From an uncultured Acidobacteriota bacterium (GTDB lineage: Bacteria > Acidobacteriota > Polarisedimenticolia > J045), in contig CAVPCQ010000019.1 in the NCBI GenBank assembly GCA_963702425.1, positions 32,001 to 96,000 of the forward strand: a stretch of 64,000 bases of DNA, read 5' to 3'. The notes below the pieces were generated by a model. It was not told the origin of the DNA. It ran no database searches and saw nothing but the letters and a program-made list of their open reading frames with translations. Position numbers and translations under genes: made by a program. Positions within the stretch are counted from its first letter, which is position 1. Every line of letters begins with the position of its first letter. This document shows positions 48,415-57,851 of the stretch, piece by piece.

Positions 48415-48843
48415 CTAGCGGGCACAGCGGGTGACGGCGGGAGGTGATGCCCCCGCCGGTGCGCCCCTACCTTCCGAGCGCCTGTCCCGGGTTTCGGGGA
48501 GCCGCAGGATCAGCGCCGCGCCGAACAGGCTGAAGTAGCCGTGGCCGAAGAAGCCGACGAGCGGGCCGAGGACGAAGATCACGATTCCGTGTCCTGCGAA
48601 GAGGCCGTACGCCGGCACCAGCAGCGCCGGGGCGATGCCGGCGACGAACAGCGCACGCCAGCCGAAGCGCGGCAGGACCAGCACCGCGAGCACTGCGGCG
48701 AAGGTGTACCCGATCGCCCACCCGGACTGCATGATCCCGATCACCGTCCCGACGGATCCGCGGAACTCGTCCGGGGATTGACGTTCGGCGAGGTGACGGC
48801 CCGCAGGTTCAAGGACATCCTGGCCGCAGGCGACGACCGACAC
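48415..48843 (-). pseudogene. Internally deleted MFS transporter remnant
   Basis: MQSGWAIGY..AA...LPRFGWRALFVAGIAPALLV joins directly to LGPLVGFFGHGYFSLFGA and LPETR. Only a few of the usual 12 TMs remain. Confidence 0.6.
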
Positions 48844-49116
48844 GTCCTGAACCGATTCGCCGCGGTCGGCGCCATCCCCGGCTTCGGTTCCTCCTTTGGC
48901 AGCGGCGGCGGCGGCGAGGGGATCGGCGGAATCCCGATCTCGGTGGCGGCGCCCTCACAGCAGTTCGAGGAACTGGAGTTGCAGCGGTCGAGCGGGCCGC
49001 CGCGCCGCCCGCCCCTCCTGCCGCATCCGTTCTTCGCCCGCTGACGCGCGGCCGGGCGGCGGCCGTCGCCGCCCGGTCCCGGCCGCAGAGCGGCGATCAC
49101 ATTCCGGCAGGCTGAG

Positions 49117-49156
49117 GCGGGGAGGCGGGTAGACGGGGAGACGGGGAGACGGGGAG
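49117..49156. repeat. Short 8-bp tandem repeat (ACGGGGAG x3 plus 2 degenerate copies)
   Basis: GCGGGGAG GCGGGTAG ACGGGGAG ACGGGGAG ACGGGGAG, intergenic. Confidence 0.6.
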
Positions 49157-49201
49157 ACGACAACGGTTCCCGGGTCGGGCTTCGCTCCGCCGGCCGCCGG
49201 C

Positions 49202-49242
49202 TTGACGCCGCGCCCGATGTGGTTCATCCTTCCATCCGGATG
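49202..49242 (+). promoter_or_regulatory. Putative sigma70 promoter with overlapping palindromic operator
   Basis: TTGACG (49202-49207), 17-bp spacer, then CATCCT. Inverted repeat CATCC-N8-GGATG (49225-49242) lies just before the ATG. Confidence 0.55.
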
Positions 49243-49247
49243 CACTG

Positions 49248-50201
49248 ATGAATCCACTCGCCGCCCCCCGCCAGCTCGTCGGCCGCATGGAGGCCCTGGC
49301 CGACCCGGTCCGGCTGCGCCTGCTGCGCCTGCTGGAGCGGCAGGAACTGGGGGTCGCGGAGTTGTGCGAGATCGTGCAGCTGCCGCAGTCGACGGTCAGC
49401 CGGCACCTCAAGTTGCTGGCCGACCAGGGCTGGGTGACCAGCCACCGCGAAGGGACCTCGAACCTCTACCGCCTCGCCGGCGACGAGCTGGACGACGCCC
49501 CGCGCGCGCTCTGGGGCGTCGTGCGCCAGGAGGCCGCGCGCTGGCCGTCGTCCCGCCAGGACGATCTGCGGCTGGCGCGCCGGCTGGAGGAGCGGCGGCA
49601 GGAGTCGCTGTCGTTCTTCGCGGGCGCGGCGGCCTCGTGGGATGCGCTGCGGGGCGAGCTGTTCGGCGACGGGTTCACGCGCGCCGCTCTGCTCGCGCTG
49701 CTTCCCGCCGAGTGGACCGTGGCCGACCTCGGTTGCGGGACGGGAGCGCTGGTCGCGGAGCTGGCCGGTGCCGTGCGCCGCGTGATCGGTGTCGACCAGT
49801 CGGCCGAGATGCTGGCCGCCGCACGCGAGCGCGTCGCGGGGCTGCCGAACGTGACACTGCACGAGGGGGACCTCGAGGCACTGCCGCTGGGCGACGCCTC
49901 GTGCGACGCGGCGCTGATGCTGCTGTCCCTGGCCTACGCCCCGCACCCCGGCGCGGCGCTCGCCGAGCTGGCGCGCGTGCTGCGGCCGGTCGGGCGGGCC
50001 GTGATCATCGATCTCCTGCCGCACGACAGCGACGACGCGCGACGCCGGCTCGGTCAGACCGGGCTGGGGTTCGCGCCCGCGTCGATCCGCGCCCTGATGC
50101 AGCGCGCGGGCCTGAACGGCGTGCACGTGACGACCCTTCCGCCCGCCCCGGACGCCCGCGGGCCGGCGCTGTTCCTCGCCACTGCCAACCGGAGAGCCTG
50201 A
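49248..50201 (+). CDS. sahR: ArsR-HTH plus SAM-methyltransferase-fold regulator (SahR/SamR type)
   Basis: ALADPVRLRLL..ELGVAEL..LPQSTVSRHLK HTH and VADLGCGTG SAM motif. Directly upstream of ahcY. Confidence 0.8.
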   Translation: MNPLAAPRQLVGRMEALADPVRLRLLRLLERQELGVAELCEIVQLPQSTVSRHLKLLADQGWVTSHREGTSNLYRLAGDELDDAPRALWGVVRQEAARWPSSRQDDLRLARRLEERRQESLSFFAGAAASWDALRGELFGDGFTRAALLALLPAEWTVADLGCGTGALVAELAGAVRRVIGVDQSAEMLAAARERVAGLPNVTLHEGDLEALPLGDASCDAALMLLSLAYAPHPGAALAELARVLRPVGRAVIIDLLPHDSDDARRRLGQTGLGFAPASIRALMQRAGLNGVHVTTLPPAPDARGPALFLATANRRA

Positions 50202-50214
50202 ACCGATACGTTGC

Positions 50215-50299
50215 GGGCCGGCACAGAGGCCGGCCCCTACAGCCCGTGCCAGAAACCGCGCGCCGCACAACCCGTAGGGGCCGCCCTCCGTGGCGGCCC
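50215..50299. repeat. Inverted pair of GTAG-type REPs (REPIN/BIME-like doublet)
   Basis: GGGCCGGCACAGAGGCCGGCCCCTAC (50215-50240, identical to the array REP), then GTAGGGGCCGCCCTCCGTGGCGGCCC (50274-50299). Confidence 0.85.
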
Positions 50300-50318
50300 G
50301 ACCCAAGGAGACACTTCC

Positions 50319-51782
50319 ATGACCCGCACCCTCGCCGAATCGACCGGCACCCTCGAATACAAGGTCCTCGACCTGTCGCTCGCCGACTGGGGCCGCAAGG
50401 AGATCGTGCTGGCCGAGCAGGAGATGCCCGGCCTGATGGCGGTGCGCGAGCGGTACCTCGCTTCGCAGCCGCTCAAGGGCCACCGCGTCACCGGCTCGCT
50501 GCACATGACGATCCAGACCGCCGTGCTGATCGAGACGCTCGCCGCGCTCGGGGCCGACGTGCGCTGGGCCTCGTGCAACATCTTCTCGACGCAGGACCAC
50601 GCCGCGGCGGCGGCCGTCGTCGGCCCCCACGGCACGCCGGAGGAGCCGAAGGGCGTCCCCGTCTTCGCCTGGAAGGGCGAGACGCTCGAGGAGTACTGGT
50701 GGTGCACGCTGCGTGCGCTCGACTTCGGCGCCGGCCGCGGACCGACCCAGATCGTCGACGACGGCGGCGACGCGACGCTGCTGATCCACCTCGGCGACGA
50801 GTTCGAGCGGGCCGGCGCGGTCCCGCAGCCCAAGCCGGACGACAGCGAGGAGTACCGGATCATCCTCGACGTGCTGCGCGAGCTGCACCGTGTCAACCCC
50901 ACGTACTGGCGGAAGGTCGCCGCCGAGTGCAAGGGCGTGACCGAGGAGACCACCACCGGCGTCCACCGGCTCTACGACCGGATGAAGGCCGGCACGCTGC
51001 TCTTCCCGGCGATCAACGTCAACGACAGCGTGACCAAGAGCAAGTTCGACAACCTCTACGGCTGCCGCCACTCCTGCGTCGACGGGATCATGCGGGCCTC
51101 GGACGTGATGCTGGCCGGTAAGCTCGTCGTGGTCTGCGGCTACGGGGACGTCGGCAAGGGCTGCGCCCAGTCGCTGCGCGGCCAGGGGGCGCGCGTCGTC
51201 GTCACCGAGATCGACCCGATCTGCGCGCTGCAGGCCGCGATGGAAGGCTACCAGGTCGCGCCGGTCGAGGACGTACTCGGAACCGCGGACATCTTCATCA
51301 CCGCCACCGGCAACCGCGACGTCATCACGGCGACTCACATGGCGAAGATGAAGGACGGCGCGATCATCGGGAACATCGGCCACTTCGACAACGAGATCGA
51401 CATGGCCGGGCTCAAGAACGTGCGCGGGGTCGTGAGGACGAACATCAAGCCGCAGTACGACAAGTGGACCTTCGCCGACGGGCACAGCGTGCTGATCCTG
51501 GCCGAGGGGCGGCTGCTGAACCTCGGTTGCGCCACCGGCCACCCGAGCTTCGTGATGTCGAACAGCTTCACCAACCAGACGCTGGCGCAGATCGAGCTGG
51601 CGCTGCACCCCGAGGCCTACCGTCGCAAGGTCTACACGCTGCCCAAGCACCTCGACGAGATGGTGGCGCGGCTGCACCTCGAGAAGATCGGCGTGAGGCT
51701 GACGACGCTGACGCCGGAGCAGGCGGCCTACATCGGGGTCGCCCCGGACGGGCCGTACAAGCCGGACCACTACCGGTACTGA
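50319..51782 (+). CDS. ahcY: Adenosylhomocysteinase (SAH hydrolase)
   Basis: [52 protein letters not shown] and GHPSFVMS motifs. AAGGAG RBS before ATG 50319. Confidence 0.98.
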   Translation: MTRTLAESTGTLEYKVLDLSLADWGRKEIVLAEQEMPGLMAVRERYLASQPLKGHRVTGSLHMTIQTAVLIETLAALGADVRWASCNIFSTQDHAAAAAVVGPHGTPEEPKGVPVFAWKGETLEEYWWCTLRALDFGAGRGPTQIVDDGGDATLLIHLGDEFERAGAVPQPKPDDSEEYRIILDVLRELHRVNPTYWRKVAAECKGVTEETTTGVHRLYDRMKAGTLLFPAINVNDSVTKSKFDNLYGCRHSCVDGIMRASDVMLAGKLVVVCGYGDVGKGCAQSLRGQGARVVVTEIDPICALQAAMEGYQVAPVEDVLGTADIFITATGNRDVITATHMAKMKDGAIIGNIGHFDNEIDMAGLKNVRGVVRTNIKPQYDKWTFADGHSVLILAEGRLLNLGCATGHPSFVMSNSFTNQTLAQIELALHPEAYRRKVYTLPKHLDEMVARLHLEKIGVRLTTLTPEQAAYIGVAPDGPYKPDHYRY

Positions 51783-51791
51783 GGCCGAGCC

Positions 51792-52427
51792 GTGACCAGC
51801 GAACGACGGTACGGCGCAGGCGATTCCGTCTCCGACCTGTGTCGCGCGTGCAAGTCCGAGCGGCGGCACACGGTGATCGTGGCCGAGCCGGGCGGGCGGC
51901 CGTTGCGCGTCACCTGCGATTTCTGCGGCAGCCAGCACAACTTCCGCGGCGGCGCCACGGCTACCGCGGTCTCCGGATCGACGACCGGCACGGCGCGCGG
52001 CAGCGCGGGCCGTGCCGCTTTCCCGCTCGCCACCGAGCGCGAGCGCCGGGAGCCCCCGATGGCCATCGATGTGAAGGACGGCTCCATCGCCGATCTCGAG
52101 ACCCTGCTGCGCCGCGTGATCCGCGAGGAATGCGGCATCACCCCGGTGGCCCCCGCCGAGAAGTGGCGCGGTGGCGAGATGATCCTCAGGCCGGGCCGGC
52201 CGGGCGTGGCGGACAAGAGCTGGCCGCTCGAGACGCTGTTCCAGAAGATCGTCGCGATCCGCAACCGGCTCCGCGTGCTCGAGCAGCAGGTCAACGCCGC
52301 CGAGGAGCTGTCGCCCGAGGCCAAGCTCAAGCTCCAGGGGTACATCACCGGCTGCTACGGCTCGCTCACCAGCTTCAACGTCCTCTTTGCCGACGACGAC
52401 GACCGGTTCAAGGGCGGCGGCGATTGA
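51792..52427 (+). CDS. Hypothetical protein with N-terminal Zn-ribbon-like motif
   Basis: CRAC...H...CDFC..QH, and C-terminal KIVAIRNRLRVLEQQVN..LQGYITGCYGSLTSFNVLF. Confidence 0.7.
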   Translation: MTSERRYGAGDSVSDLCRACKSERRHTVIVAEPGGRPLRVTCDFCGSQHNFRGGATATAVSGSTTGTARGSAGRAAFPLATERERREPPMAIDVKDGSIADLETLLRRVIREECGITPVAPAEKWRGGEMILRPGRPGVADKSWPLETLFQKIVAIRNRLRVLEQQVNAAEELSPEAKLKLQGYITGCYGSLTSFNVLFADDDDRFKGGGD

Positions 52428-52475
52428 GCGCCGACCGGCGCTGATCCGGACGGGCTTCCGGCGGGGTCCGGGGAG

Positions 52476-53366
52476 TCAGGCGAGCAGTGCCGCACGCAGT
52501 GCGGACACGTGCTCAGGCGTCGTTCCGCAGCAGCCGCCGACCAAGCGCGCTCCCGCGGCGACGATCGCCGGCGCGTGCGTCGCGAAGAACTCCGGCGATT
52601 CGGGCCAGGCGAGCGCGCCGTCGACGAGCTGCGGCAGCCCGGCGTTCGGTCGTACGGCGACCGGGACCTCCGAGTGCCCCGCCAGGTCCGCGACCACGCT
52701 CACCATCCCCTCGATCCCGTTCCCGCAGTTCGCGCCGACGACGTCGGCGCCGGCCCCGGCGAGCGCCGCCGCCGCCCGCGCCGGGGTGACCCCCATCACG
52801 GTGAAGATCCCGCGCGGGGTCGCGTCGAAGGTCATCGTCGCGACGATCGGCACGCCGGGTGCGACGCGCTTCGCCGCGCGCACCGCGAGCAGCGCCTCCG
52901 CCAGGTCGGTCATCGTCTCGATGCAGATCAGGTCGACCCCCGCGCCGGCCAAGGCGGCGAGCTGGCGCTCGAACGCCGCCTCGACCTCCTCCGGCCGCGC
53001 CGGGCCGAGCGGTGCGAGCAGCGTCCCGCTCGGCCCGACCGAGCCCGAGACGAGCGCGCGGCCCCCGGCTTCCGCGCGCAGCAGCTCGACCGCGCGCCGG
53101 TTGATCTCCTCGCAGCGCGCCGCCAGCCCATGCGCCGCGAGGCGCAGCGGCGTTCCGCCGAAGGTGTTCGTCGTTAGGATCTCCGCGCCGGCTTCGAGGT
53201 AGCGCCGGGCGATCGCGCCGACGATCTCCGGCGCGTCGAAGATCACCCGCTCCGGCGGGGCTCCGGGCGGAAGCCCGGCCTCGGCGATCAGCATCGTGCC
53301 CCACGCGCCGTCCCCGACGACGACCTCCCCGCGCCGCAGCCGCTCGAGCAGCGCGGCGCCGGTCAC
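52476..53366 (-). CDS. Homocysteine S-methyltransferase domain (stand-alone MetH Hcy-binding module)
   Basis: DGAWGTML, TNTFGG, IETMTD and Zn ligands GANCG and GGCCGTTPEH. GTG overlaps the upstream stop. Confidence 0.9.
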   Translation of the reverse strand: MTGAALLERLRRGEVVVGDGAWGTMLIAEAGLPPGAPPERVIFDAPEIVGAIARRYLEAGAEILTTNTFGGTPLRLAAHGLAARCEEINRRAVELLRAEAGGRALVSGSVGPSGTLLAPLGPARPEEVEAAFERQLAALAGAGVDLICIETMTDLAEALLAVRAAKRVAPGVPIVATMTFDATPRGIFTVMGVTPARAAAALAGAGADVVGANCGNGIEGMVSVVADLAGHSEVPVAVRPNAGLPQLVDGALAWPESPEFFATHAPAIVAAGARLVGGCCGTTPEHVSALRAALLA

Positions 53367-54001
53367 GCCGCGCCCACGAGCTGCTTCACGCGCAGCGCCG
53401 CGCTCGCCGCGTCGTACGCGAAGCCGTCGGCCCCGATCTCGCGCGCGAACGTCTCGGTCACCGGTGCCCCGCCGACGATCACCTTCACCCGGCCCGCGAG
53501 TCCGCGCGCGCGCACCTGCTCGACGACGTCGCGCATCCCGGTCATCGTCGTCGTCAGCAGCGCGGAGACGCCGATCACCACCGCCCCGCGCTCGACCGCC
53601 GCGTCGACGAATCGTTCGGCGGAGACATCGACACCGAGATCCGTGACATCGAAGCCGGCGCCGCCGAGCAGGATCCCGACCAGGTTCTTGCCGATGTCGT
53701 GCAGGTCCCCGCGCACCGTGCCGAGCACGACCCGTCCCGCCGTCGGTACCCCGCCCGCCGCGAGGTGCGGCCGCAGGACGTCGAGCCCGGCGTGCATCGC
53801 CTTCGCGGCCAGCAGCACGTCGGGGAGGAAGATCTCGTGGCGGCGGAAGGCCTCGCCGACGACCGTCATCCCCGCGATCAGGCCGAGGCGCAGGATGTCG
53901 GCCGGCGCAGCCCCGGCCGCCAGCGCCTCGCCCGCGAGCGCGCGCACGGCGTCGGGCTCGCCGGCCCGGACCTCGTCCGCCAGGCGCGTCAAGCGCTCCA
54001 C
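53363..54001 (-). CDS. Stand-alone corrinoid (cobalamin-binding) protein
   Basis: Cap GM..VG..F...EIFLPDVL, GTVRGDLHDIGKNLV, SALLTTT and VGGAP. GGAAGGAG RBS. Confidence 0.92.
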   Translation of the reverse strand: MERLTRLADEVRAGEPDAVRALAGEALAAGAAPADILRLGLIAGMTVVGEAFRRHEIFLPDVLLAAKAMHAGLDVLRPHLAAGGVPTAGRVVLGTVRGDLHDIGKNLVGILLGGAGFDVTDLGVDVSAERFVDAAVERGAVVIGVSALLTTTMTGMRDVVEQVRARGLAGRVKVIVGGAPVTETFAREIGADGFAYDAASAALRVKQLVGAA

Positions 54002-54744
54002 GTGATTGCTCCTTCCGAGGCCGCGGGCGGGCGGGGCACGGGCCACGGCAGCGCGCGCGCACGGCACTCGTGCGTCGCGCAGGCGGCGCAGGCCGGGAAG
54101 TCGGGCTCGATCCGGTGCGCGTCCGGCGCCGCCGCGAGCAGCGCCCCCGACACCGACTTGAGCGGGGCCATCAGGCAGCTCGCGCCGAGCGAGATCCCGG
54201 CGGCGTCGGGCGCCAGCGCGCGGAACAGCGCCTGCTGCCCGCTGAGGTGCCAGCCGCAGTAGCCGGGGCTGTAGGGAACCACGTGTGCCGCACCGCGGGC
54301 CCGCCCCGCGTCGACGAGCCGCTCGCGCCACGACGCGCCGAGCCGCCAGGAGAGCCCGTCGACGGCCTCCGAGGCCAGCGCATCGAGCACGAACCCGAGC
54401 GGCAGGTCTTCGCCCCCCGTGAGTGCGCCGATCCGCGCGCACAGCGGCTCGCCCAGCGTGGCCGCGAACAGCGCGACCGCCTCCGCCCGGGGGAGCACGC
54501 GCTCGAGCGCCGTTCGATCGTCGTTGTGTCCGCTGCCGCGGTAGACGGTGGCGAAGTCGTCGACGGGCAGTTCGGCGACGACCCCGCGCGGCTCGGCCAG
54601 CGCGTCGAACAGCAGGGCTGCGTCGTCGAGCAGGCGCCGCGTCCGCGCCGACGGCTCGACGCCGGCGGGGATCCCGGCCCGCAGCAGCACGGCCGCGGGG
54701 TCGGGCGCGATCTGGCGGGGCGAAAAGCGGGCGATCCCCCTCAC
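53989..54744 (-). CDS. B12-dependent methionine synthase activation (SAM-binding) domain protein
   Basis: LFAATLG, LDALASEA, YSPGYCGWHLSGQ, SCLMAPLKSVSG and terminal CAACATHEC. Confidence 0.82.
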   Translation of the reverse strand: MRGIARFSPRQIAPDPAAVLLRAGIPAGVEPSARTRRLLDDAALLFDALAEPRGVVAELPVDDFATVYRGSGHNDDRTALERVLPRAEAVALFAATLGEPLCARIGALTGGEDLPLGFVLDALASEAVDGLSWRLGASWRERLVDAGRARGAAHVVPYSPGYCGWHLSGQQALFRALAPDAAGISLGASCLMAPLKSVSGALLAAAPDAHRIEPDFPACAACATHECRARALPWPVPRPPAASEGAITWSA

Positions 54745-54829
54745 GCATCCCCTCTCGCCGGCGAGGCGTCCAGCCCGCACCTCACGATGCGGAAAGGGTA
54801 GCACCGGGTCGCGGAAGCGGCGGGGAGCG

Positions 54830-55450
54830 CTACCTCCTGGGACCGCCGTAGCCCCCGGTGAGGCCCACCCCGCGCGTGCCGGCCCCCACGCCGTGGAAAC
54901 CGGGGCCGACACCGCCACCCACACCGATCCAATCGATGAACAGCGCGGTCGCTCCGCCAGACTTGGGCATCACGCCATCGATCAGCTTGTAGCTGTAGAC
55001 CAGGTCCTTCCCGTCGACGACCGGATGGCTGATCTCGATCACGGCGAGCACGTTGTCCTTGCGCCCCGGCTCGTAGACCGAGAGCGTCGCGTTGGGCGGG
55101 TCGGCTGCGAAATTGTCCGGTCCCTCGCCCGCCTTCCACTCATCCAGGTAGGCCGGCATCGTCAGGTTGCCGGCAACTCGCACCGGGCGATCCGAGAAGT
55201 AGAGCGTCTGCTGGTTCACGTTTACCAGCCGGAGCGTCTTCGCCGCAGGGTCCGCCTTGAGGTCTTCGGAGGTCTGCACGAACATCAGCTGTACCTTCTC
55301 CGCGGAAGGGGCGGCCTTCGGAGGCGCCGTGCCCTGCTGAGCGAAAGCGGCGGCTACCGCAACCCCTGCCATCGCCAGCGATGCCGCTGCCAGCAGCAGC
55401 AAGCGATGGGAGCGGTCCTGCATCCCGTCGGTTCGATCCGAACTCTTCAT
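54830..55450 (-). CDS. Uncharacterised secreted protein (paralogue of 57852-58718) with Gly-rich tail
   Basis: Signal peptide and FVQT..TLYFSDRP..AG...W..G.DNF..DPPNATLS...ALFID. Confidence 0.72.
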   Translation of the reverse strand: MKSSDRTDGMQDRSHRLLLLAAASLAMAGVAVAAAFAQQGTAPPKAAPSAEKVQLMFVQTSEDLKADPAAKTLRLVNVNQQTLYFSDRPVRVAGNLTMPAYLDEWKAGEGPDNFAADPPNATLSVYEPGRKDNVLAVIEISHPVVDGKDLVYSYKLIDGVMPKSGGATALFIDWIGVGGGVGPGFHGVGAGTRGVGLTGGYGGPRR

Positions 55451-55954
55451 GGTCGATCCCCTCGTCTCTGCGGTTGGAAACCGGTTGGTGTTGCGCTGCC
55501 CCAGGCACGGCAGGACGCCTCGATTCCCCGATCGGGGCCGTCGAACCGATAGGGTGGCACCGGGGTGGCCGGCTTGTAAACAGGGCCGATGCAGCGGGCG
55601 CGGGGTGGGTTCCGCACCCGCAGCGGGCGCTCGGCGAGCGCCTTCCGGACCCGAGCGAAGTCCCCGCGTCCCCGCGCCCCCGCTTTCCATGCCCGGCGCC
55701 CCCCGTGTAGCATCGCGGGACGCGGGCCCGGCCGCTTCTCCGCACGAATCGCGAATCGGACGGGTTCCGGTCGGCCTCGATGACCGGACGTCGATCCACG
55801 AGCGAGCCCACATGAACACACCGAGAACTCGAGGGCGTCGGAATCCGGGGCACTCGATCCGGGTGGCAGACGGGACGGCGTGCGAGCGGCCTTCCCGTCA
55901 CGCGGCGAGGGGGCTCCGCTTTCCCGTCCTCGCGCCGCGGCCGGAGGCCCGCGA

Positions 55955-56672
55955 GTGAGCGTTCCCCGCCGCATCTCGCGCTGGGCCTTTTTCGCGTCCG
56001 TGGCCGTATGGACCGCGTGGGTTCCAGGCGGGTGCGCATTCGCGGGCGATCCATGGCAGCTCTGGCCGGAAGTCGGCGTCTACGTCGGCCTGTCCCCCGC
56101 GACGCGGCTCTTCTTCGATCTGCCCTACTCGGTCGAGGGCGACACCGACACCAAGTCGCTCGAGATCGCCGCGTACTTCGACGTTTCGCTCAAGCCGGTC
56201 CTGCGGCGCTCGCTCCAGGAGGGAGACTGGGCGCGTAGCCGGTACTTCTGGATGAGGTTCGGGTTCGATCACATCTTCAACGTGACCAACGGCCAGGAGG
56301 ACGAGCCCGAGGAGCGCGGCGTCATCGAGATCCGCGGACGAGCCCCGACGCTCTGGGAGATCTGGCTCGAGGCGCGCGTCCGCGCCGACCTCCGCTGGAT
56401 CGGGGGCGAGTACTCGACGCGCTACCGCTTCCGGATCGAGGCCAACCGCGAGTTCAAGATCCGCGGCCGGCCGGCGACGCCCTACGTCAACGTCGAGTGG
56501 TTCTACGACGACGCGCTACGACGCCTGGTCGCGGACCCTCTACCAGGCCGGAGCGGAGTTCACCTTCACCGACCACTTCCGGTTCGAGGCCTACGTGGCG
56601 CGGCAGGTGGACGAGGTCCCGGATGCGTCGGGCCTCTACGCCCTGGGCCTCTTCGCGAAGTGGTACTACTGA
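55955..56672 (+). CDS. DUF2490-like outer-membrane beta-barrel protein; 1 frameshift
   Basis: WQLWPE, RADLRWI..STRYRFR and PYVNVEWFYD. Removing an extra G near 56510 continues the frame to ...ALGLFAKWYY*. Confidence 0.7.
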
Positions 56673-57655
56673 GCGCCGGCCGGAGCCGTCTGCTCCCTGG
56701 CGAGCTTCTTCAGCGCCAGCGTGAGCGGGATCGCCAGGATGGCGCCCGGCAGGCCGAGGACGAACGCCCACAGGACCAGTGCGAGGGTCGCCTCGAGGAA
56801 CGAGATCTCGGCCACGCGCTTCATGAAGAGCGGCGCGACGAAGTTGTCCACTACGAGGTTCGTCACCACGAGGCAGGCGGCTACCACCAGCGCCCGCTGC
56901 CAGCCATACAGGAGCAGCGCCAGGACGGTCGGAGGGAACAGGGCGATCAGGTAGCCGATCGACGGGATGAAGTTCAGGAAGAAGTAGAGCACGCACCACA
57001 GGACCGGATACTCGACGCCGGCCAGCAGCAGGACGGCCAGGTTGGCCGTCGCGTTGATCGCGTTGGTCCTTGCCGCGGTTGCGACGAAGCGCTGGATGTC
57101 ACCGCCATGCCAGGCGAGCCGCTCGCCGAGGCGGCTCCGCCGCCCATCGGCATCCTCCGCCATCTCGACCAGCAGGAGCACGGTCAACAGCGCAATCAGG
57201 AGGCCGTTCGAGAGCAGGCTGCCCGCCTCGGGGAGGACCCACCGCGCGGCCTCGAGCAGGCGCTCGGGCGTGATCATCTTCGTCGCCGTGAGGCTGGCCG
57301 CGTCGAGACCGTACCCGCTGAGGAACGCCGCGACGTTCCCCGAGAGGGTCTTCACCTGCTCGGCGTAGACCGGGAACCGCTCGCGCATCCGGACGATGTC
57401 CACGCTGAGCAGCAGGAGCGCCACGATCTGCACCGCGCCCACGGCAGCCGCCGCGACGAGCAGCGCCACAGTCTTGCGGAGTTGGAACCGCCGCATGAGT
57501 CCGTGGGGGAACCAGAGGGCGCCGTAGGCGAGCAGGAGGGAGAGCAGGATCGGCGCCAGGATCGGTGACGCGAGCTTCATCCCCCAGAGTACGACGACGG
57601 CATAGGCCGCGCGCTCGAGGAGACGGGAGGGCGGAGCCGGCGGGAGGTCCGTCAT
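56666..57655 (-). CDS. AI-2E family transporter
   Basis: ILAPILLS, FFLNFIPSIG, DNFVAP and WAFVLGLPGAILAIPLT motifs. Confidence 0.88.
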   Translation of the reverse strand: MTDLPPAPPSRLLERAAYAVVVLWGMKLASPILAPILLSLLLAYGALWFPHGLMRRFQLRKTVALLVAAAAVGAVQIVALLLLSVDIVRMRERFPVYAEQVKTLSGNVAAFLSGYGLDAASLTATKMITPERLLEAARWVLPEAGSLLSNGLLIALLTVLLLVEMAEDADGRRSRLGERLAWHGGDIQRFVATAARTNAINATANLAVLLLAGVEYPVLWCVLYFFLNFIPSIGYLIALFPPTVLALLLYGWQRALVVAACLVVTNLVVDNFVAPLFMKRVAEISFLEATLALVLWAFVLGLPGAILAIPLTLALKKLAREQTAPAGAQ

Positions 57656-57851
57656 CGGGGTCGTCCTCCGGCGTGCCGCCGGCCTCTCCCGCGGCACGAT
57701 GCGGGCAGCCGGGCCCGGGCCGCCTTCAGCTCCCGTTGCCCCGCTGCCCGCGCACCCCGCTCGTCCGACCCGAGGGTCGGACCTTCCCGCTGCCATCGAC
57801 CGCCACGAACGGGACCCACCCGACCGGCCGCGAGTCAGCGGACGCCGTCGG

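Noticed and set aside
29933-48843. Prophage or integrative element
   Set aside because: No integrase, transposase, tRNA, att repeats or phage structural genes were recognised.
48844-49116. Short ORFs between the MFS remnant and sahR
   Set aside because: No consistent frame, RBS or recognisable motif. Probably decayed sequence.
50202-50318. SAH or SAM riboswitch upstream of ahcY
   Set aside because: The gap is explained by the REP doublet, and no riboswitch consensus was recognised.
55554-55570. Sigma-54 promoter (TGGCAC)
   Set aside because: The -12 element reads TGGC rather than TTGC and the site is ~400 bp from the next plus-strand start.
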